This document shows positions 21,285-31,976 of a stretch of DNA of 64,000 nt, piece after piece (position 1 is the first letter of the stretch; each line of letters opens with the position of its first letter). Location: NCBI GenBank assembly GCA_014653535.1, contig JACWEK010000001.1, forward strand, positions 5,931-69,930, given 5' to 3'. Origin of the DNA: Pelagibacterales bacterium SAG-MED43. GTDB lineage: Bacteria; Pseudomonadota; Alphaproteobacteria; Pelagibacterales; Pelagibacteraceae. A model generated the notes under the pieces. It did not search any database. It saw only the letters and a list, made by a program, of their open reading frames with translations, and was not told the DNA's origin. Made by a program: the position numbers and the translations under genes.

Positions 21285-22275
21285 TATGATTGCTATAGGC
21301 TTTAACAATCTTAGATACTAATGGATGTCTAACTACGTCGGAATGATCAAAATCAATTACAGAAATTTCATTTAAATGAGATAATAATTTTTTAGATCTA
21401 TCGAGGCCTGACATGTTTTTGTTAGGTAAGTCTATTTGTGATGGATCTCCATTAACTACTATTTTAGAATTTTCTCCAATTCTTGTAAGAAACATCTTAA
21501 TTTGAGTGTCAGATGCATTTTGTGCTTCATCTAAAATGGCAAATGAGTTTTTCAAAGTTCTTCCTCGCATAAATGCTAATGGTGCAATTTCAATATCTCC
21601 TATTTCAATCATTCTTTGGATTTTCTCAAAATGAAATAAATCATATAAAGAGTCATAAAGAGGCCTTAGATAAGGATCCACTTTCTCTTTCATATCACCT
21701 GGCAAAAAGCCTAATCTTTCTCCAGCCTCAACAGCTGGTCTTGATAAAATGATTCTTTCTATTTTTTTTTCTAGCAACATTGTTAAACCAACTGCAACGG
21801 CTAAAAATGTTTTTCCTGTGCCTGCTGGTCCTGCTGAAATTACAATATCACTCTGTCTTAATGCTCTGACATATTCTTTTTGTTTTTCTGACCTTGGAAT
21901 TATAGACTTTTTTGGAGTTTTAATAATATCTGTTACATTTTGATTTTTTACTTTTTCGTTAATCATAAACTTATCTATAGAGGATATTATGTCTTTATTC
22001 TCTATATTTCCATTATTAATAAATTGATTGGCTAAAAATTGTATTGCATTTTTGACTATTTCATTTTTATCACTTGTTGATTTTATTAAGATAGAGTTTC
22101 CTCTTGAATACAAATTTGACTCTGTAATTCTTTCTAATTCCTTTAAATTTTTATTAAATTCTCCAACAACACCCATTAGCAAGTTATTGTCATGAAAAAT
22201 AACACTTAGAGTATTGTTATCAGAGTATACAAATTTTAAATTATTATCGAAATTTTTTTTTATGCTGATACTCAA
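21277..22275 (-). CDS. phoH: PhoH-family ATPase (YbeZ)
   Basis: GPAGTGKTFLAV, RPAVEAGERLGFLPG, MRGRT, DEAQN, GDPSQIDL, VRHPLV. Confidence 0.95.
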   Translation of the reverse strand: MSISIKKNFDNNLKFVYSDNNTLSVIFHDNNLLMGVVGEFNKNLKELERITESNLYSRGNSILIKSTSDKNEIVKNAIQFLANQFINNGNIENKDIISSIDKFMINEKVKNQNVTDIIKTPKKSIIPRSEKQKEYVRALRQSDIVISAGPAGTGKTFLAVAVGLTMLLEKKIERIILSRPAVEAGERLGFLPGDMKEKVDPYLRPLYDSLYDLFHFEKIQRMIEIGDIEIAPLAFMRGRTLKNSFAILDEAQNASDTQIKMFLTRIGENSKIVVNGDPSQIDLPNKNMSGLDRSKKLLSHLNEISVIDFDHSDVVRHPLVSKIVKAYSNHND

Positions 22276-22279
22276 GTTT

Positions 22280-23608
22280 TTAAGCTACCTTTTCATTTAA
22301 TTGCTCTACAATCTCACCAAATAAAGTATTTCGATTACAATTTTGAATTCTTACTTTTACGATTTTGCCAATTAAATCATCACTACCATTAAATAAAACC
22401 GATGTCATATATTCAGATCTACCAAAGAGTTTAGATTTATTATCCATTCTATTTTCAACCAAAACATTTATTATTTTATTTTCAAGTGATTCATTCATTT
22501 TTATTTGATTATTAAATAATTTTTGTTGTATAATTTCCAATTTTTCAAGCGATTTTTTTTTATTTATGATAGGTAAATCTGAAGCTACTGTTCCAGGTCT
22601 TGGACTAAAGATAAATGAAAATGAATTTATAAATTTTACTTCATCAATAAGTTTTAAAGTATCATTTAAGTCATTCTCATCTTCTCCTGGGTAAGAAACA
22701 ATAAAATCACTTGAAAATTTAATTTCAGGATTAATTTTTTTGAGCTTACTGAATATTTCTAAATAAGTTTTAACTGTGTGTTTTCTATTCATTAATTTTA
22801 AAACTTTATCAGAGCCGCTCTGAATGGGTAAGTGAACTAGAGGCATTAATTTTTTCGAGCTTTTATAAACTTCAATTAAATCATTTGTCATATCTTTTGG
22901 GTGTGACGTCATATATCGTATACGTTTTAAATTTGAAAATTTTTCTAATTCTAAAATTAAATTTGATAAACGTAATCCCTCAAAATCATAAGCATTTACA
23001 TTCTGACCTAAAAGTATAATTTCTTTTGAACCACTATCAACTAACTGTTTAGCTTCCTCTAAAATTTGATCAAATGGTCTAGAATATTCTGGTCCCCTTG
23101 TGTATGGAACTACACAAAAATTACAAAATTTATCACATCCCTCCTGTATCGTTAAAAAAGATGAAATTTTTTTTGTTTGATTTTTAATTTTGCTTAAATA
23201 CTCAAACTTAGTAATTACATCAAACTCTGTTTCCTCTTGTTTTCTTTTTCTAATTTTATAATTTAATATTGTATCATTAATTTTATGATAAGCTTGGGGG
23301 CCTATTACTAAATCGATATAAGGTTCTCTTTTTAATATTTCTTCATTTTCTGCCTGAGCCACACATCCAGCAACAATTACCAAGGGTTTAATTTTAAATC
23401 TCAAATTTTTTTTTAATCTTCCTATTTCATGATAAACTTTTTCTTTTGCTTTATCTCTTATATGGCAAGTATTTAAAATATAACAATCAGCATCTTCATA
23501 TTGATCTGTTTTTATAAAACCAATTTTTTTTACAGTGTCATAAATTCTATTTGAGTCGTATTCATTCATTTGACAACCAAAAGTTTTTATAAAAATTTTT
23601 TGACTCAT
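22280..23608 (-). CDS. miaB: tRNA-2-methylthio-N6-dimethylallyladenosine synthase
   Basis: TFGCQMNEYDS, NTC, GCVAQ, radical-SAM CDKFCNFC, C-terminal TRAM domain. Confidence 0.96.
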   Translation of the reverse strand: MSQKIFIKTFGCQMNEYDSNRIYDTVKKIGFIKTDQYEDADCYILNTCHIRDKAKEKVYHEIGRLKKNLRFKIKPLVIVAGCVAQAENEEILKREPYIDLVIGPQAYHKINDTILNYKIRKRKQEETEFDVITKFEYLSKIKNQTKKISSFLTIQEGCDKFCNFCVVPYTRGPEYSRPFDQILEEAKQLVDSGSKEIILLGQNVNAYDFEGLRLSNLILELEKFSNLKRIRYMTSHPKDMTNDLIEVYKSSKKLMPLVHLPIQSGSDKVLKLMNRKHTVKTYLEIFSKLKKINPEIKFSSDFIVSYPGEDENDLNDTLKLIDEVKFINSFSFIFSPRPGTVASDLPIINKKKSLEKLEIIQQKLFNNQIKMNESLENKIINVLVENRMDNKSKLFGRSEYMTSVLFNGSDDLIGKIVKVRIQNCNRNTLFGEIVEQLNEKVA

Positions 23609-23609
23609 T

Positions 23610-24041
23610 TTATTTAGTTTTTTTTTTTACACCATAAAGTTCTAACTTATGATCTACTAAAGTATAACCATGTTTTTCTGCTACCTTCTTTTGGAGTTTT
23701 TCTATTTCGTCGTCTACAAACTCAATTATCTCACCTGATTTAATATCAATTAGATGATCGTGATGACTTTCTATCATTGCTTCATATCTTGCTTTTCCAC
23801 CCTTAAAATCATGCTTTGTGAGGATTCCTGCTTCCTCAAAAAGTTTTACAGTTCTGTAAACAGTTGCAATACTTATTTTTGGATCAATTTTTGAAACTCG
23901 ATTGTAAAGTTCATCAACGTCTGGATGATCTGACTTACCATATTCTATCTTTGACTCTGAAATAATTCTTGCAATTATTTTTCTTTGTTCTGTAAGTTTA
24001 ACTCCTTTAGATAAGCATTTTTGTTCTATTGTATCTCTCAT
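23610..24041 (-). CDS. fur: Fur/Mur family metal-uptake regulator
   Basis: LTEQR, DHPDVDELY, ISIATVYRT, HHDHLID; conserved position upstream of miaB. Confidence 0.9.
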   Translation of the reverse strand: MRDTIEQKCLSKGVKLTEQRKIIARIISESKIEYGKSDHPDVDELYNRVSKIDPKISIATVYRTVKLFEEAGILTKHDFKGGKARYEAMIESHHDHLIDIKSGEIIEFVDDEIEKLQKKVAEKHGYTLVDHKLELYGVKKKTK

Positions 24042-24049
24042 AGTTAATT

Positions 24050-24436
24050 CTAACTTATATAAATAGGGTTAATCAAATTCTTTTTAATCTTTAATCTATC
24101 ACATAAATTAGGAATATTTTCATATCTATTGTCCTTTAATTTATCAAAATCATTAAAACTAAAACAATAGTAATCAATCTTTTTTGCAACATAAATTGCT
24201 TTAACAACTGCAAGAGAATTCCTAATACCCGCAAAACTTCCAGGACCACGATTTACATATAATTTTGAAATTTTATTAATCTTTAAATCATTTTTTTTAA
24301 GAAAATCATTAATTAAGATAGTTAATTTTTCATAATTAGTTTTACTATTTTCATGACTAGCACTATAAATATTTTTATCCTTAATGAGTATTAAAAAAAT
24401 CTTTTTATTTGCAGCATCAATTATTAATTTGTTCAT
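24050..24436 (-). CDS. tsaB: t6A biosynthesis protein TsaB (short form)
   Basis: LIIDAA N-terminal strand and VNRGPGSFAGIR signature; start placed at MNKLII (ORF track extends to 24487). Confidence 0.8.
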   Translation of the reverse strand: MNKLIIDAANKKIFLILIKDKNIYSASHENSKTNYEKLTILINDFLKKNDLKINKISKLYVNRGPGSFAGIRNSLAVVKAIYVAKKIDYYCFSFNDFDKLKDNRYENIPNLCDRLKIKKNLINPIYIS

Positions 24437-25445
24437 ATTAATTTTTTTATTAACTATAAATTCTAAAGCAGAAGATAATAATATCAAACAATATTCAGCT
24501 GATGAGGGTGTTTTGTCAATTATGTATCATAGATTTGATGAAAATAAATATCCATCAACTAATATTAGAATGGAAATTTTTTTGAAACATATTCAATTGA
24601 TTAAAGATTTGAATTATGAGTTTATTCATCCCGAAGACTTTCAAAATAGTTTTAATAATCCAAAAAAACAAAAAAAAATTCTTTTAACTGTTGATGATGG
24701 TTTTCAATCTTTTTATGAAATTGCTTGGCCTTATTTGAAAAAAAATAAAATCCCATTCATTTTATTTGTTTCTACCGAACCTGTAGGAAATAAAGGTTAT
24801 ATGACTTGGAGTCAAATAAAAGAAATTGAAAAAGAAAGCTCCGCTATAATTGGTCATCATTCTCATACACATGAATATCTTATTGAAAAAAGCAACGAAG
24901 AATTTATAAATGATATAGAAACAGCAAATTCTATTTTTGAAGAAAAGCTTGGGTACGTGCCTAAATTATTTTCTTATCCATTTGGAGAATATTCTGAATT
25001 TATGAGAAGTTATGTTTCTAATAATTTTACTTATGCTTTTGGTCAGCACTCTGGGGTGATAGATATTAATAAAGAAAAATTTCAACTACCTCGATTTCCA
25101 ATTAATGAAAATTATGGAGAAATGAAAAGATTTACATCAATCATAAAAACTTATCCCCTTGAGTATAAAAGTCTAAATCCAATTGAAAAGAAACTTAATA
25201 AGAAAAATAATCCTCCAATTTTTACCGTAGAATTTTTTGATAATCAAAAGAATATTGAAAATATAAATTGTTATTCTAACGAGGGAGATGAATGGGAAAA
25301 GTCTAATACAATATTTCTAAATAATACTTTGAGTATAAAATTTAGGGAAGCCTTTGTTCCTAGAAGAGGACGGGTTAATTGTTCCTTAAATGATGCTGGT
25401 AAATGGAGATGGTTTGGTGCTCAATTTATAATTACCAATGATTAA
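24384..25445 (+). CDS. Exported polysaccharide deacetylase (NodB/CE4)
   Basis: Signal peptide, IMYHRF, LTVDDG, HSHTH, FSYPFGE, LPRFP. Confidence 0.88.
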   Translation: MSIKKIFLFAASIINLFILIFLLTINSKAEDNNIKQYSADEGVLSIMYHRFDENKYPSTNIRMEIFLKHIQLIKDLNYEFIHPEDFQNSFNNPKKQKKILLTVDDGFQSFYEIAWPYLKKNKIPFILFVSTEPVGNKGYMTWSQIKEIEKESSAIIGHHSHTHEYLIEKSNEEFINDIETANSIFEEKLGYVPKLFSYPFGEYSEFMRSYVSNNFTYAFGQHSGVIDINKEKFQLPRFPINENYGEMKRFTSIIKTYPLEYKSLNPIEKKLNKKNNPPIFTVEFFDNQKNIENINCYSNEGDEWEKSNTIFLNNTLSIKFREAFVPRRGRVNCSLNDAGKWRWFGAQFIITND

Positions 25446-26515
25446 ATTAAACTCTCTAACTCTAAACTAGATGGTAAAAGTTTTGCATTGTCAAAATCTT
25501 TTAAACTATTTTGCTTAATAATTTTTCTCAAAGTTTTAACATATTCCTCTCCAGTCTCAGCATACTTATCTAAATACTGTGAAAGAATAATGCTATCCAG
25601 TGGCTTACCTTCATCTCTTAATTGTGCTCTTGCCAATCTAAATTCTCTATAAGTTTTGTGGGTATTTAAATTTCTTTGATAGGCTCTTACTGAAGCTTGT
25701 AAAACATTAAATTTCATAACTTTGTGCCCTTTATTTTCATCTGCTTCTTTAGGTTTCAAGCCTTCACCTGACCAAGTCCATTGGCCAAAAAGAGCATTCC
25801 CTTCCTGCGCAAATCTTGAAGTTCCCCAGCCTGTTTCTTTTGCTGCTTGAGCTAGTGCTAATGAAACTGGAACCTCATCCATTCTAACTTTTAAAGTAGA
25901 TAGATCTTTAGATGGAATTCCATATTGTTTATATTTTTTATTTAGCCATTTTTTTTCTAAATCATTGTTATTACTTTTATTAATTATGCTAAAAAGCCTT
26001 TTTCTATCTAATCGAATATTATTATTTTCTTGAAGAATTAAAGGTAAAACAATTTGTAAAAAAAACTCTTTTCTCTTTTTTGTATTTTCAATCATTTTGA
26101 TTTCACGAGGGAATGAATCAAGAGCAACTGGTTTTACTAGTTTATTTTTTCTAATATCGTCTAATTTATAACCAGTATCCTCATAAAGTTGTTTTATAGT
26201 TGAAGCATCTAATCTTACCGCATCAGTTTCTTTGTCATTAAGACTATATATATCAACTAATAAATCCCTCTCATTAAATGTTTCATTAGCATCTAATGAT
26301 CCATTTTTTTTTTTATCTAATGTATATGCCAAAACTTTTTTAGAATTATTTCTAAACTCCTTAGAATTTAAAATATTTTCATCAGTAAAATTAATTAACA
26401 GCGGTAAAGAATAAAATGTTAAAATTACTACCATGCCACTTAAAAAGGTTCTTGCTATAGAGCCTAAATTATTATTATCAATAACTTCTAAAACTTTATT
26501 TTTTCTTTTTTTCAT
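25442..26515 (-). CDS. Glucosaminidase-domain (Bax-like) peptidoglycan hydrolase
   Basis: N-terminal TM segment; LAQAAKETGWGTSRFA, GNALFGQ, NLNTH, YAE..Y motifs. Confidence 0.85.
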   Translation of the reverse strand: MKKRKNKVLEVIDNNNLGSIARTFLSGMVVILTFYSLPLLINFTDENILNSKEFRNNSKKVLAYTLDKKKNGSLDANETFNERDLLVDIYSLNDKETDAVRLDASTIKQLYEDTGYKLDDIRKNKLVKPVALDSFPREIKMIENTKKRKEFFLQIVLPLILQENNNIRLDRKRLFSIINKSNNNDLEKKWLNKKYKQYGIPSKDLSTLKVRMDEVPVSLALAQAAKETGWGTSRFAQEGNALFGQWTWSGEGLKPKEADENKGHKVMKFNVLQASVRAYQRNLNTHKTYREFRLARAQLRDEGKPLDSIILSQYLDKYAETGEEYVKTLRKIIKQNSLKDFDNAKLLPSSLELESLI

Positions 26516-26517
26516 TT

Positions 26518-27057
26518 TTAAATCGCCACAACCTCTTTAACTTCAGGCAAATAATGACACAAAAGATTTTGAACTCCTTGTTTAAGAGTCATTGTTGAGC
26601 TTGGACACCCGGAACAACTACCTTGCAGTTGAACCATTACAACCCCATCTTTGAATTCTTTAAATTTAATATCCCCACCATCTTTTGCGACAGCTGGCCT
26701 TATTTTCTGATCTAAAATTTGAACAATTTTTTTTTCTATTTCTCCAAGATTTTCATCAATTTCAAAAGGACTTTTATCTATTATAAATTCTTTACCACTC
26801 GAATAAAAATCATTAATTAAAGAAATAACAATATGTTTAATTTCATCCCATGATGTATTGTCATATTTATTGATTGAAATAAAATCTTTTCCCAAAAAAA
26901 TTCCTTCAATACCATTTACTGACATCAAATTTCTAATTAATTCATTTTTTACATCATCTCTTTTTGTAATTTCAAAAGAACCACTATTAGATACTATTTT
27001 ACCTGGTAAAAATTTTAATGAATTTGGATTTGGTGTTGTTTCAGTTTGAACGAACAT
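26518..27057 (-). CDS. nfuA: NifU/NfuA-family Fe-S cluster carrier
   Basis: TPNPNSLKF Nfu N-domain; IRPAVAKDGGDI, GSCSGCPSS. Confidence 0.9.
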   Translation of the reverse strand: MFVQTETTPNPNSLKFLPGKIVSNSGSFEITKRDDVKNELIRNLMSVNGIEGIFLGKDFISINKYDNTSWDEIKHIVISLINDFYSSGKEFIIDKSPFEIDENLGEIEKKIVQILDQKIRPAVAKDGGDIKFKEFKDGVVMVQLQGSCSGCPSSTMTLKQGVQNLLCHYLPEVKEVVAI

Positions 27058-27109
27058 AATTTATATATAGTCAATAATTATGAAATTGGAACTTGTTTAG
27101 TAAATTTAA

Positions 27110-28111
27110 TCAAAAACCTACAATTTCTTGCATTTTTTTAAGTTTTTTTGACGCAATATAGTTAGCTTTTTTTTGACCCTCTAATAGTATTTTATCCAAA
27201 AAACTTTTATCGTCTGTTAACCTTTTTATCTCCAAAGAAATAGGATTTAATTTTTCAACTAAAACTTGGGAAAGCTTTTCTTTAAATTCTGAAAAATTTT
27301 TACCATTAAACTCGTTAACAGATTTATCTAAAGTAATATTATTAATACTTGAATATATACCTAGAAGATTCCTTGCCTCTGGTCTATCAACTAACTCATC
27401 GGTATTAGCTGGTAGAGGTAGTGGATCTGTTTTAGCTTTTTTAATCTTATTTATTATATCCTCGTTATTATCTGTCAAATTTATCCTACTTAAATCTGAT
27501 AATTCAGATTTGCTCATTTTTTTTGATCCATCTTTAAGACTCATTATTCTCGAAAATTCTTTTTGAATAAGAGGTTCTGGGACTTTTAAAAAATCATCAA
27601 CATTGTAGTCATTGTTAAATTTTTGAGCAATATCTCTACATAATTCTAAATGTTGTTTTTGATCTTCACCAACCGGCACATGCGTCGTATCGTAAAGTAA
27701 AATGTCAGCTGCCATTAAAATTGGATATGAATATAGTCCGATACTTGCTTTCTCTTTATCTTTTCCTGCTTTTTCTTTAAATTGTGTCATTCTGTTCAAC
27801 CAGCCCATTCTTGCAACACAACTTAATAACCATGCAGCCTCAGAATGTGCTGAAACTGTAGATTGATTGAAAATAATACTTTTTTTAGGATCGATTCCAC
27901 AAGCAATAAATGTTGCTACTGTTTCTCTAATATTGTCTCTTAGTTTTTTTGGATCTTGTTTTACAGTGATAGCATGCAAATCCACTACACAAAATATGCA
28001 ATTATTTTCATTGTCATCATTTAATTCAACAAAATTTTTAATTGCACCCAAATAATTTCCTAAATGTAAATTACCTGTTGGTTGAACGCCTGAAAATATT
28101 TTTTTAATCAT
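27110..28111 (-). CDS. trpS: Tryptophan--tRNA ligase
   Basis: [36 protein letters not shown]. Confidence 0.97.
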   Translation of the reverse strand: MIKKIFSGVQPTGNLHLGNYLGAIKNFVELNDDNENNCIFCVVDLHAITVKQDPKKLRDNIRETVATFIACGIDPKKSIIFNQSTVSAHSEAAWLLSCVARMGWLNRMTQFKEKAGKDKEKASIGLYSYPILMAADILLYDTTHVPVGEDQKQHLELCRDIAQKFNNDYNVDDFLKVPEPLIQKEFSRIMSLKDGSKKMSKSELSDLSRINLTDNNEDIINKIKKAKTDPLPLPANTDELVDRPEARNLLGIYSSINNITLDKSVNEFNGKNFSEFKEKLSQVLVEKLNPISLEIKRLTDDKSFLDKILLEGQKKANYIASKKLKKMQEIVGF

Positions 28112-28113
28112 AA

Positions 28114-29643
28114 TTAATACTTTAATTTAATATCTTCAAATTTAAAAGCTTTGATCAAATAAGCTACCAATAAGTAAAAAACAAGGCCAAAAAAAACTGA
28201 AACTATTAGGTAAACAGATTTAAAAGAGTTTTCAAAAGACAACTGATTGTTAAATAAAATTATCAAATAGTTAAAAAATAGTCCCATTAAAATCGTAGAC
28301 AATAAGATCTTAAAAAAACGACTAATGAAAATTTTATTAAAACTAAATAGATTTCTTTTTTTAAGAAACAAAAATAATAGTATCAAATTGACCCATGAAG
28401 AGATGGTTGTAGCGATAGGAATAATAATAAATCCAACCGACCTGAAATAATAAATACTGATAAATAAATTTAATAAAACTGACATTAAGGAAATATAAAA
28501 AGGTGTTTTAGTATCATGATTAGCAAAGAAAAAATTTGAAAAAACTTTAATCATTGCAAAAGCAGGTAGACCAAGACTAAAATAATAAAGAGCTTTAGCA
28601 GAATTTGAAACTGAACTTTCATTAAATTGCCCATATCCAAACAGTGCAGAAACAATTTCATCTGGTGCAATTAATAAAGCTATTGATGCAGGCAAACTTA
28701 AAAATAAACTTAGTTCTAAAGCTTTATTTTGAATTAAATCAATTTTTTTTTTATTTTTCTCACTTATGTGTTTTGATAATTGTGGAAGCAAAACAACACC
28801 AATAGCAATACCAGCTATTGCTAAATTGATTTGGTAAATTCTATCAGCATAATAAAGATAAGACACAGCACTTGCTTGAAACGATGCAATTATTGTTCCA
28901 ATTAAAATATTAATTTGAGTGACACCAGAAGAAAAGATACTAGGTAATAATTTTTTAAAAAATAGTTTTGCTTTATTTGATATTTTGAATTTAATTTTAA
29001 AATTAATTTTAAAATATTTTTTTACATAAAAGTATAAAAATATAAGTTGAAATAACCCAGCAAAAGTAACTCCATAAGATAAATAATAAACTAAATTATC
29101 ACCTAATAATTTACCAAAAAGTAAAATAATTATTAAAACAATATTTAAAATAATTGGTGCTGCAGCTGCCTCTGCAAATCTATTATGAGAATTAAGTATT
29201 GCTGAAAAAAAGGATGCTAAAGAAACTAGTATTAAGAAAGGGAAAGTTATTCTTGTTAGATTGATAGCAAGTTTTATTTTTTCAACATCATCAATAAATC
29301 CCGGTGCAATTAGTGAAACAAAAGCAGGCATGAATATTTGAATAATCAAAATTAAAATTAATAAGATCAAAAATAACAAATTAAAAATTTCTGAAGCCAA
29401 CCTCTTTGATTTATCTTTTCCTTTAACTAGTTCTGATGAATAGCTAGGTACAAAAGCTGCATTGAAAGTCCCCTCAGAAAATAACCTCCTAAAAGTATTT
29501 GGTATTCTAAATGCCACAAAAAAAACATCAGCTAAGAAACTGGTACCAAGAAAAATTGCAACTAAAATATCTCTTAAATAACCTAGCAACCTACTTATTA
29601 TTGTAAAAAAACTAAAAGTCCCAGTTGACTTAATTAAGTTCAT
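28114..29643 (-). CDS. murJ: Lipid II flippase MurJ (MviN)
   Basis: [32 protein letters not shown], many TM helices. Confidence 0.95.
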   Translation of the reverse strand: MNLIKSTGTFSFFTIISRLLGYLRDILVAIFLGTSFLADVFFVAFRIPNTFRRLFSEGTFNAAFVPSYSSELVKGKDKSKRLASEIFNLLFLILLILILIIQIFMPAFVSLIAPGFIDDVEKIKLAINLTRITFPFLILVSLASFFSAILNSHNRFAEAAAAPIILNIVLIIILLFGKLLGDNLVYYLSYGVTFAGLFQLIFLYFYVKKYFKINFKIKFKISNKAKLFFKKLLPSIFSSGVTQINILIGTIIASFQASAVSYLYYADRIYQINLAIAGIAIGVVLLPQLSKHISEKNKKKIDLIQNKALELSLFLSLPASIALLIAPDEIVSALFGYGQFNESSVSNSAKALYYFSLGLPAFAMIKVFSNFFFANHDTKTPFYISLMSVLLNLFISIYYFRSVGFIIIPIATTISSWVNLILLFLFLKKRNLFSFNKIFISRFFKILLSTILMGLFFNYLIILFNNQLSFENSFKSVYLIVSVFFGLVFYLLVAYLIKAFKFEDIKLKY

Positions 29644-29693
29644 AAATCATATTAGTCTTAATTTTACCCTATTTGTACATCTAATTATCACCA

Positions 29694-31976
29694 ATGAAAA
29701 AAACTAAAATAGATCATTACACTGAAAAAGAAGCTTTAGAATTTCACACTCATAAAAAGCCAGGAAAAATAGAAATTATATCTTCTAAAAATATGACTAC
29801 AAAAAGAGATCTTGCACTAGCATATTCTCCAGGCGTTGCTGCTCCTGTTAAGGCAATTAGTAAAAATCCTGAAGCTGCTTATGATTATACTAGTAAAGGA
29901 AACCTTGTGGCAGTTATTAGCAATGGCTCTGCAATTCTTGGCATGGGAAATTTAGGGGCACTAGCATCAAAACCTGTAATGGAAGGAAAGGCAGTTTTAT
30001 TTAAAAGATTTGCTGACATTGACTCTATTGATCTAGAAATTGACTCAGAAAACTCAAATGAAATAATAAATTCTATTAGAAATTTTGCACCAAGCTTTGG
30101 AGGAATAAATTTAGAAGATATAGCAGCACCAGATTGTTTTGTGATTGAAGAAAAGCTAAAAGAAATTTTAGATATACCAGTTTTTCATGATGATCAACAT
30201 GGAACTGCAATTATAACAACTGCTGCTCTGATCAACGCACTAGATATTAATAAAAAATCAATCAGCGATATTAAAATTGTTGTGAATGGAGCAGGAGCAT
30301 CTGCAATGTCTTGTGCTAATTTATTTAAAAAGATTGGTGTTCCACAAAAAAATATAACAATGATAGATAGAAAAGGTGTTATTTACAAAGGCAGACAAAA
30401 TTTAAATCAATGGAAATCTAGCCATGCAATAGACACTAAAGATCGAGAGTTATCAGATGCAATTAAGAATACAGATGTATTTTTAGGTTGATCTGCAAAA
30501 GGAGTATTAACAAAAGATATGGTTAAAAATATGTCAAAAAATCCAATTATTTTTGCATGTGCTAATCCAGATCCTGAAATAACACCAGAAGAAGTTGAAG
30601 AAGTTCGTAGTGATGCAATTATTGCAACAGGAAGATCAGATTATCCTAATCAAGTAAATAATTTAATTGGATTTCCTTATATTTTTAGAGGAGCATTAGA
30701 TGTTAGATCTAAAACTATAAATGAAGAAATGAAAATTGCTGCAGCTAAAGCTATCGCAAATTTAGCTAGAGAAGATGTGCCTGACGAAGTTGTTGCTGCA
30801 ATGGGAGGAGAAAGACCTCATTATGGAAAAGATTATATAATACCATCAACATTTGATCCAAGATTAATTAGTGTAATACCAGCGGCTGTAGCTAAAGCTG
30901 CGATGGAAAGTGGCGTTGCAAGAAAACCTATCAACAATTTTGAATTATACAAAGATCAACTTAAACAAAGATTAGATCCAACTGTAACAATCATGCAAGG
31001 TATCAACAATTATATTAAAAAAAATCAAAAGAGAATTGTGTTTGCTGATGGAGAAGATGAAAATACATTAAAAGCAGCAATTGCCTTTAAGAATTCTAAG
31101 CTAGGTATTCCAATTTTAATTGGTAAAGAAGAAACGGTTAAAGAACAAATAAAAAGAATTGGTTATGATCAAAACTTTGACATAGAGATTGTTAACTCTA
31201 AAGATGCTAAAAAAAGAAAAAAATATGTAGAATATTTATTTGGAAAATTACAAAGAGAGCGAGGTTTATTAGAATGGGATTGTGACAGACTTGTAAGAAA
31301 TGATAGAGTTGTTTGGGCATCATGTATGGTTGCTTGTGGAGATGCTGATGGTGCTGTTACAGGAAATACTAGAAGATTTGGTGCTTCACTAGATAAGTTA
31401 AAACTAGTTGTTAATCCAAGAAAAGGCGAAATAATGTTTGGTTTAAATTTGGTAGTTCATAAAGGAAAAACTATTTTTGTTGCTGACACCAGTGTTCATG
31501 AGTATCCATCCTCAGAGGAAATGTCTGAAATTGCAATTTCAGCAGCAAGAGTTGTGCGTTTGTTTGGTTTTGATCCAAAAGTTGCCTTTGTGTCTCATTC
31601 AACATTTGGACAACCGATAACTAGTCGTACTAAACATATTAGAAAAGCTGTAGATATTTTAAAAGAAAAAAAGGTAGATTTTGAATTTGATGGTGATATG
31701 CAGCCAGATGTAGCTCTTAATAAGGAGTACAGAAATTTATATCCTTTTTCTAATATAGTGGGTAGTGCTAATATACTAATAATGCCTGGCCAACATAGTG
31801 CCTCGATATCTTATAAAATGATGAAGGAATTAGGTGACACAAAAGTCATAGGACCCCTATTAATTGGATTGGGTCTGCCTATCGAAATTGCACCATTAAG
31901 AACTTCTACATCAGAGCTTATTAATTTAGCATCTATAGCAGCATATTCTGCTGATGTTATTGATTATGAAAAATAA
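29694..31976 (+). pseudogene. maeB: NADP-dependent malic enzyme with PTA-like domain, interrupted by an in-frame TGA at 30489-30491
   Basis: The two ORF-track pieces are in the same frame (...DVFLG*SAKGVLTKDMVK...); motifs LAYSPGVA, SKPVMEGK, NLEDI, HDDQHG, GAGASA, ANPDPEI, TGRSDYPNQVNN and a PTA-like C-domain are present; 760 codons if read through; functional status unresolved. Confidence 0.85.

Noticed and set aside
30489-30491. Genome-wide TGA reassignment (genetic code 4 or 25)
   Set aside because: Other genes end in TGA at their expected lengths, Trp is encoded by TGG, and I saw no other gene with an internal TGA
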